The notes under the pieces: generated by a model | What the model was told of the DNA's origin: nothing | Databases searched by the model: none | What the model saw: the letters and a program-made list of their open reading frames with translations, nothing else | Program-made: the position numbers and the translations under genes | Assembly (NCBI GenBank): GCA_029856435.1 | Contig: JAHQXB010000173.1 | Span: 1-12,805, forward strand | Length of the DNA: 12,805 nucleotides | Direction of reading: 5' to 3' | DNA from: Candidatus Jordarchaeia archaeon | GTDB taxonomy: Archaea; Asgardarchaeota; Jordiarchaeia; Jordiarchaeales; Jordiarchaeaceae | Shown here: one piece after another, positions 7,297 through 12,805 of the stretch | Layout: each line of letters starts with the position of its first letter | Numbering within the stretch: position 1 is the first letter of the stretch

Positions 7297-8102
7297 TTTT
7301 TTGCTAGGAACCTAGTCATAGTATCTCCCCTTAATCCTATGCGAAGTGTTTCGAGGGGAATAACATCGGTGGGTCTAATGTTCCCAAGGTTTACATTAGG
7401 TCCAAACCGTGTAATGAGCCATAACTGTTGGGATTTGAGTGGGGCTTCCCAGATAATTTTTTTGGATGGTATTTTGGCAACAATCTCTTCTATAAATGGT
7501 TCTTTTACTTTTCCTTCCTCGTCGTAGGGGCCTATTCCAATTCCGCTTTCCCGCGCCTCGATGGTTACATAATCCGCCCCGGAGTCTAAATCGGTTTGAA
7601 TTTGTTTTATGCGGTCAGAAATTTTGAGCTGAGCGTCCTCAGTTTTGATTTTTCTGCCCACTTCGGTTATTACAGTTTGAAACCCTAATTGTTTAGCCTT
7701 TTTTATTAGTTCCGATTTTTCCTGAGAGGATATATTAACCACTCCTGTGGAAATTTCAATAGCGGTAAATCCTAGAGTTTTGAGTGTTTCTAGAAACGCT
7801 TCGGTTTTCCCCATTATTATAGCGGCTTCTAGGGCGGAACCTCCACTGAGAGTTTTTATTCCGTGGGAATGATAGAGTTTTAGCTTCTTTTTTAGTAGAT
7901 TTTTGGGCTGTATGAGCCAAGTCGCCCATCCAAACTTGCAATAATCAATATAATTCGCGGCACTTTCAACTACATCTTTTGTTATAGGGAGGCCTTGGCC
8001 AGTATCAATAATGGCTGTTATTCCCTCAATTCTTGGTTTATCTGTTCTATTTACCTCAGAGAGCTTGAAGATTTGCTTATTATGATTTGTCAAGTTCATC
8101 AC
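7293..8102 (-). CDS. comA: Phosphosulfolactate synthase
   Basis: Motifs GITAIIDTG, YIDYCKFGW, GFTAIEIS, TEVGRK (conserved Lys), GADYVTIEARESG, IIWEAPLKSQQ, NVNLGNI and LETLRIGLRGDT. The likely start is ATG 8099 within GGTGATG. Confidence 0.93.
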   Translation of the reverse strand: MMNLTNHNKQIFKLSEVNRTDKPRIEGITAIIDTGQGLPITKDVVESAANYIDYCKFGWATWLIQPKNLLKKKLKLYHSHGIKTLSGGSALEAAIIMGKTEAFLETLKTLGFTAIEISTGVVNISSQEKSELIKKAKQLGFQTVITEVGRKIKTEDAQLKISDRIKQIQTDLDSGADYVTIEARESGIGIGPYDEEGKVKEPFIEEIVAKIPSKKIIWEAPLKSQQLWLITRFGPNVNLGNIRPTDVIPLETLRIGLRGDTMTRFLAKK

Positions 8103-8200
8103 CAGTAATTTTACTATCTTAGAAACTTACTGACTTTAGACTTAGCCCTTTTTTAATATTACTAGTTTTTAAAATGTTCTAGTTGGTTTTAATTACTGGT
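8101..8200. repeat. Perfect 10-bp inverted repeat bracketing the thrC-like/comA intergenic region
   Basis: ACCAGTAATT (8101-8110) and AATTACTGGT (8191-8200), with an 80-nt spacer. An inner ACTAG...CTAGT pair (8161-8183) surrounds TTTTTAAAA. Confidence 0.6.
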
Positions 8201-8202
8201 AT

Positions 8203-9477
8203 TTAATACAGTAACTGGGGGTTCTCCTCTAAAATTTGGCTTATAGTTGTATCTTTAGATACCGGTCCGATTCTCTCGAAATTATAATGCCTTTTTTCCC
8301 TTTCCGCCCCCGTGTACCCTATGATTACCACGTCACCTGAGTCGAATTGGTCTGCAAGTTCTATCGTTGCTTGAATGGCTATAGCCGCTGGAGACATTAT
8401 TTGTATTTCGAAGATGCTTTCAGAGTTTTCGTAGATTTCCTTAGATTTCTCCTCGTTCACCTTGTGAAATAGCCCAAGAGTTTCCCTTACTACATATTTA
8501 ACGTATGGGTAACAATTTTTAGGATATTCATTTTCAATGATTTTTGCCCAAGTCGTTGAATTTATTCTCTGAGTGATTCTATCTTGCCCTTTTATGGCGG
8601 GATCCACTATGGAGGCGCACCCTTCAGGTTGGACACATACAAGGTGCATGTATTCTTTAAGAAAGCCGTATTCCCTCAACCGTTCAATCGCCTGATACCA
8701 ACCTAGTAGACCATTACCACTCCCTGTGGGATGAATATACCAAACTTTTCCAGAATCCATTAAACTTCTCGCATGTTTTCCATATTTTTCATAAAGCTGA
8801 TAGCAGGCCTCATATGCCATAGTCTCTAAACCCGCTATCTGGTTAGGATTAGCAAAACCTCCATCCAGTACATATGAAGTTTCTTCAGCCATTCTGATTG
8901 AAAGAGATGTAGCGTCAACGTATCGCCCATTAACCAATATAATATGGGTTCTTTCATTTTCATCATCGAAATTAATCAGATTTTCCATTTCTGTAGGTAC
9001 GAATATGGCTAATTTTTTGAAGGCCCTCTGATTATATAATCCATAAGACGTTGCTGTGTTTCCCGTACTCGAAAGTGTAATATTTGGTATGTTGCGTTCC
9101 TTGTAAACTGATAAGGCTACCGATGCGCTCCTGTCTTTTATAGTTCCAGTAGGGTTAGTACTTTCATCCTTTACAAGAAAAGTAACATCGCTGCGTCCCG
9201 CCATTCTAGCTATTGTTTGGTCCTCATAAAGATTGGTTCGCCCCTCCCCCAAGTGAATCATATTTGAAGCAGGTTTTAGTAGGGGGAGCACTTTCTGAAA
9301 AATCCACATTCCAGGAAGGCCTCTTTCGGTTAAATCGCTTAATTTTTTAGGTCGGAGATTAGGATAACAATATTGAAGTATTCCCCCACATTCTTCACAG
9401 GAGGTCTTGTGCCCCACTGCGGGGGAAAGATTACCGCACTCGAAGCACTCATAGAAGATTTCACGCAGACATATCAA
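8203..9477 (-). CDS. Threonine-synthase-like PLP enzyme (fold type II); threonine synthase or cysteate-synthase-like
   Basis: N-terminal Zn ribbon (CFECG...CEECGG), HLGEGRT, KDESTNPTGTIKDR (PLP lysine), SSTGN, AGLETMAYE, PTGSGNG and VCVQPEGC. TTG start. Substrate not assignable from sequence. Confidence 0.85.
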   Translation of the reverse strand: MICLREIFYECFECGNLSPAVGHKTSCEECGGILQYCYPNLRPKKLSDLTERGLPGMWIFQKVLPLLKPASNMIHLGEGRTNLYEDQTIARMAGRSDVTFLVKDESTNPTGTIKDRSASVALSVYKERNIPNITLSSTGNTATSYGLYNQRAFKKLAIFVPTEMENLINFDDENERTHIILVNGRYVDATSLSIRMAEETSYVLDGGFANPNQIAGLETMAYEACYQLYEKYGKHARSLMDSGKVWYIHPTGSGNGLLGWYQAIERLREYGFLKEYMHLVCVQPEGCASIVDPAIKGQDRITQRINSTTWAKIIENEYPKNCYPYVKYVVRETLGLFHKVNEEKSKEIYENSESIFEIQIMSPAAIAIQATIELADQFDSGDVVIIGYTGAEREKRHYNFERIGPVSKDTTISQILEENPQLLY

Positions 9478-9682
9478 CTCCTTCTATTTAGTGTCCTCTT
9501 AATTTTGAGGATTTGTCTTAAAACTTGTTAAATTAACGTGTTGGCCTTGAGAATTTTTCTCTCTATTCTCCTCCTAAGTCTATTGTTTGTTTTTCCGACT
9601 CCTTAGATGTAAAATATGGCTTTTCCATTTTTAGGAAAAGTTCGTGAATGCAATTACGTCTTACCAAGCTTTTTCGGCTTAT

Positions 9683-10234
9683 TCACTTTTTAACCGCATT
9701 TTCAAATCTGTTCTTTATATCTTGAGGGTGCATTTCTATTATGGGTACGTCGGCGTTTCCTTTTTCTACTTTTGCAATAATTACTGTTAACCCCTTTTTA
9801 GATTTCCTATAAGCTTCTCTCAGTTTTTGAGGAGACTCCGCCACAAAAACCCTTTTAATCCCTGCAGCCCGCGCCAAAGCCGCTAAATCTGTTTTACCTG
9901 CAGTGTAACTTGGTTGCCCTCCTGTCGACCCATAGGACTTATTATCAAAAATAATTAATGTTAAATTTTTAGGAGACCAATTGGCTATCGTTACCAGAGA
10001 ACCCAAGTTCATTAGGATAGACCCATCCCCATCCATAACTACTACACGTTTATTTACTGATAAGGATAGTCCCAAACCTATGGAGGAAGCCAAACCCATA
10101 GAACCAAGCATATAGAAGTTTTCAGGTCTATCCCCTACACTGTATAGTTCTCTTGAGGGGAAGCCGAGATTACAAATCACCAACTCCTTCTCAAGTTCTT
10201 CCACAATATTTTTAATAGCTTCTATTCTCTTCAT
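9683..10234 (-). CDS. comE: Sulfopyruvate decarboxylase beta subunit (ThDP-binding)
   Basis: Motifs CNLGFPSRELY, NFYMLGSMGLASSIGLGL, ThDP motif DGDGSILMNLGSL...DNKSYGSTGGQ. Overlaps comD by 23 nt. Confidence 0.9.
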   Translation of the reverse strand: MKRIEAIKNIVEELEKELVICNLGFPSRELYSVGDRPENFYMLGSMGLASSIGLGLSLSVNKRVVVMDGDGSILMNLGSLVTIANWSPKNLTLIIFDNKSYGSTGGQPSYTAGKTDLAALARAAGIKRVFVAESPQKLREAYRKSKKGLTVIIAKVEKGNADVPIIEMHPQDIKNRFENAVKK

Positions 10235-10724
10235 TTTTCATCAATTCCCTTTCTATTAGTACCGCTACTGGAACCTTATTGCTGTGAAATGACTTTTTTG
10301 CTCTTTCAAAAGCCTCAGGAATTTGTTCTGCATTTTTTGGCGTATAATGGGGGATGCCTATAGCGTCCAATAGCGCTGGAGTAGCTTTTCCCATAGGTAT
10401 CTGTGCGGGAATTGTTTCCCCTTTTCCACCCCGTTGAGCTATTAGAATTAGAAGTGGTATTCTGAAAACCATATTAAGAGAAGCAAGTGCATTAATTGAG
10501 TTGCCTAGACCACTATTTTGCATAATTAATGCTGGTGTTTTACCCCCCAAATATGCTCCCGCAGCTATCCCCACACCCTCCTCTTCTCGAGTTACAGGCA
10601 CATGCAATATTTCTTTTGCCTCATCCAGCATGTCTAAAAGATTTTTAAAAAGACTACTGGGAACAGATACAACAAAATCAACACCTAATCGAATAAGTTC
10701 TCTGAAAATAATATTTGTTATCAT
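10212..10724 (-). CDS. comD: Sulfopyruvate decarboxylase alpha subunit
   Basis: Motifs DFVVSVP, VTREEEGVGIAAGAYLGG, LIMQNSGLGNSINALASL, IPLLILIAQRG and PAQIPMG. Confidence 0.9.
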   Translation of the reverse strand: MITNIIFRELIRLGVDFVVSVPSSLFKNLLDMLDEAKEILHVPVTREEEGVGIAAGAYLGGKTPALIMQNSGLGNSINALASLNMVFRIPLLILIAQRGGKGETIPAQIPMGKATPALLDAIGIPHYTPKNAEQIPEAFERAKKSFHSNKVPVAVLIERELMKNEENRSY

Positions 10725-10838
10725 AAATAAAAGCTTCCTGAGCGTGAATAATCAGAACTATCACATTTTAGAAACCTACCCTACTTTAAATACTTTTCAG
10801 GTTTATCCTCATTTTTCCTGAAAAATATGAACCATTTT

Positions 10839-11474
10839 TCACGTAGTGATGCTGCTTCTGTGTAGTTTTTTAAGCGCTACTGCAATACGATAAAACGCAG
10901 TAAAATTGGCCAGTATTCCCGCAATTATTAAACCATAAATTGGAAATCTGGCGTCTAATGGATAAAGAATGGAAAATACCAAGAGGATGAACAATCTTTC
11001 TGATCTGCCTGCTACACCGCAGTCCAAATCAAGGTTATAGACTTCCCCCTTAGATCTTGTATAACTCACCATTATAAATCCCGCTAAAGAAATAATCACC
11101 CACAGATTAAGTGGAACTAAAAAGTAAAAGTTTGCCGCTTCCCTCCAAAATAAGAATCCTAAAATCAGAATAAAATCAGAGTATCTATCTGATAAAGAGT
11201 CCAGAATACCGCCTCTGGGCGAGGCGGAGCATGTAATTTTGGCTAGGGCGCCATCCACCCCATCTAATAGACCCGTAATAAATACCAAAACTCCATAAAG
11301 AATGGGGAAACCATGTGAAATTGTGATAGATGCAAGTAAAGATAAACCAAGTGCGAGGATAGTAACTTGATTAGGGGTTAAACCTGCGCTTGCAAAACCC
11401 TTTGCTATTTTATAAATTATTGGTTTGAAGATGCGCCGGATTCTATATTTAGAAGGCAAATCGTGCCTCTCCAA
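10839..11474 (-). CDS. CDP-alcohol phosphatidyltransferase (archaetidylinositol-phosphate-synthase/PgsA-like membrane protein)
   Basis: GLTPNQVT, signature DGVDGALAK-x7-GGILDSLSD, MVSYTRSKGE, GVAGRSERLFIL, and several hydrophobic helices. TTG start. Confidence 0.88.
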   Translation of the reverse strand: MERHDLPSKYRIRRIFKPIIYKIAKGFASAGLTPNQVTILALGLSLLASITISHGFPILYGVLVFITGLLDGVDGALAKITCSASPRGGILDSLSDRYSDFILILGFLFWREAANFYFLVPLNLWVIISLAGFIMVSYTRSKGEVYNLDLDCGVAGRSERLFILLVFSILYPLDARFPIYGLIIAGILANFTAFYRIAVALKKLHRSSITT

Positions 11475-11480
11475 CTAATT

Positions 11481-12506
11481 CTACACCGATGGAAATAAGA
11501 GATTTTTATACAGTACCGCATTGGAATATTGATTATTTTCCTCCACAATAGCATTTCCAAAAAGCACAGAGTTCTGGATGATCGCGCTGGAGGAAATCTC
11601 ACACTCACTCCTCATAGACACAAAGGGGCCTACTTTGCTCCTAGGGCCAATTTGGCAATTAGATTCGAGTACGGTGGGACCACTTATGATAGAAGTTCTA
11701 TCTAACCCAATTTTCCACTTTTTCTTTATAGGTCCTCTAACTTGTTTCGAGTTCTTGACGTAGAAATTGTTTTGAGGTATCAACCCTTTTATAAGTGCAA
11801 ACTTGTTCGCCCTTAGAACGTCAGATATAAAGTCTACATCGAACCAATAGTTTTTAGAAACATCAATGAAGCAAACTGGTTGGCCGTCTCGGATAAAGAG
11901 ATTTAATGCGTCCAAAAGTATATTTAATCCATTTTCAAGGGCCTTGTGAATGTAATGAAAAATCGAGGAGTTGCATAGAAGAAGGCTAACACATAGATGT
12001 GGCTCCCCCCCTTCTAAAATAGGTTTATGGAATCCAGAAACGCGACCATATTTTAGCCCTGTGGGGCAAGTATACACAGTAGTTCCCAATTTGGAGTCAG
12101 AGGCAATATCTACAGCAATAGTCACTCCCTTCCTTGAATGTTTTTTCTTCACAGTTTCGATCGCCCTAGGATCTATAATAAAATCTCCAGGACTCACAAA
12201 AAATTTATTTGAAGAAATTTCTTCCTCCGCAGCAAGCAATGAATATATGGGTCCTAAATTATAGTTTTTAGACTCCCTATACCTTATCGACACCTCGTAC
12301 TGAGCGCCATCCTCTAATTGATTTCTTATCTTACTTCCAAGATGCCCTGTCACAATTATGAAATCGGAAATTCCAGCTTTCTTATATGCCAGAATAAGGT
12401 GCTCAATTATGGGACGATTAGCTATGGGGATGAGTGGCTTGGGAATGAATTGAGATAGGGCACCCATACGTGTACCCTTGCCAGCGGCCAGTATTACAGC
12501 TTCCAA
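11481..12506 (-). CDS. Sugar-phosphate nucleotidyltransferase with C-terminal hexapeptide (left-handed beta-helix) repeats
   Basis: AVILAAGKGTRM, PKPLIPIANRPIIEH, GPIYSL, PGD and WFDVD. The C-terminus IISGPTVLESNCQIGPRSKVGPFVSM...IIQNSVL is hexapeptide-like. TTG start. Confidence 0.88.
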   Translation of the reverse strand: MEAVILAAGKGTRMGALSQFIPKPLIPIANRPIIEHLILAYKKAGISDFIIVTGHLGSKIRNQLEDGAQYEVSIRYRESKNYNLGPIYSLLAAEEEISSNKFFVSPGDFIIDPRAIETVKKKHSRKGVTIAVDIASDSKLGTTVYTCPTGLKYGRVSGFHKPILEGGEPHLCVSLLLCNSSIFHYIHKALENGLNILLDALNLFIRDGQPVCFIDVSKNYWFDVDFISDVLRANKFALIKGLIPQNNFYVKNSKQVRGPIKKKWKIGLDRTSIISGPTVLESNCQIGPRSKVGPFVSMRSECEISSSAIIQNSVLFGNAIVEENNQYSNAVLYKNLLFPSV

Positions 12507-12766
12507 TTCTAAAAACCTCAGAAGAATAATATGTAAACTAATTTTCGTTAGTGAAAAGTGGTTTATTACAGTTTCCTTTCGGTAACCTTAATTACCCTTT
12601 TTCCAAACTAGTATCCTATCCTTCCTCTTTTCCCTAAAAATTTGGACATCTCTCTGATAGAGCTTTCTTAGCAACATACATCTTTAGTGGCTTTCTGCCC
12701 CAATAATGTTCGGAAGATTTTTAGGATAAGTTTTCGTTTCTTAAAGTGCTTATTTTTGGTGACGAA

Positions 12767-12805
12767 ATGTGGAAACAGCCACTTCCTGTCTGGAAGACAA
12801 CTACA
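12767..12805 (+). CDS. Possible 5' end of an unknown gene (partial, runs off the right edge)
   Basis: GGTGA SD at 12758-12762, ATG 12767, open to the window end (MWKQPLPVWKTTT). A TTAAA TATA-like run lies at about 12741. Confidence 0.45.
   Translation, partial: MWKQPLPVWKTTT

Noticed and set aside
6809-12264. Short opposite-strand or alternative-frame ORFs within the com cluster (6809-7006, 7019-7234, 7339-7527, 7756-7941, 10501-10821, 11417-11608, 11578-11763, 11971-12264)
   Set aside because: They overlap strongly supported genes and have no motifs.
9683-12506. Phosphonate biosynthesis cluster (Ppd plus NTP transferase plus CDP-alcohol transferase)
   Set aside because: No PEP mutase is in the window, the split subunits match ComD/ComE, and comA/comB are adjacent. 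Kept only as a caveat.
12668-12805. Open minus-strand frame entering from the right edge (CSCLPDRKWLFPHF...DVCC*)
   Set aside because: No family signal, and it conflicts with a plus-strand start that has a good SD. It cannot be resolved without more sequence.
1-12805. tRNA or rRNA genes
   Set aside because: No cloverleaf, T-loop/D-loop or rRNA conserved motifs were seen in the intergenic regions, which are mostly AT-rich or low-complexity.

Overview
This is an archaeal window, most likely from an Asgard archaeon, inferred from a eukaryote-like actin (Lokiactin type). Left to right it contains: the start of a FAD/NAD-binding oxidoreductase running off the left edge; a 1,534-bp DDE insertion sequence with perfect 17-bp terminal inverted repeats but no target-site duplication; a short GC-rich remnant of a coupled gene pair; an ApgM-family phosphoglycerate mutase; the actin gene between two long non-coding flanks; a divergently oriented winged-HTH plus CARF-like protein; and a minus-strand cluster of nucleotidyltransferase, CDP-alcohol phosphatidyltransferase, comD, comE, a ThrC-like PLP enzyme, comA and comB. 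Three observations stand out. (1) The coenzyme M/sulfonate cluster mixes enzymes of the ComAB route with a threonine/cysteate-synthase-like enzyme and has no comC in the window. (2) The wHTH-CARF protein has no CRISPR context and faces away from actin. (3) Strand composition and synonymous codon choice flip sharply at about position 4920, inside actin, with origin-like polarity. Family assignments come from motif recognition and memory of reference proteins; no database search was run. Base counts were made by hand on the stated 60-nt blocks.
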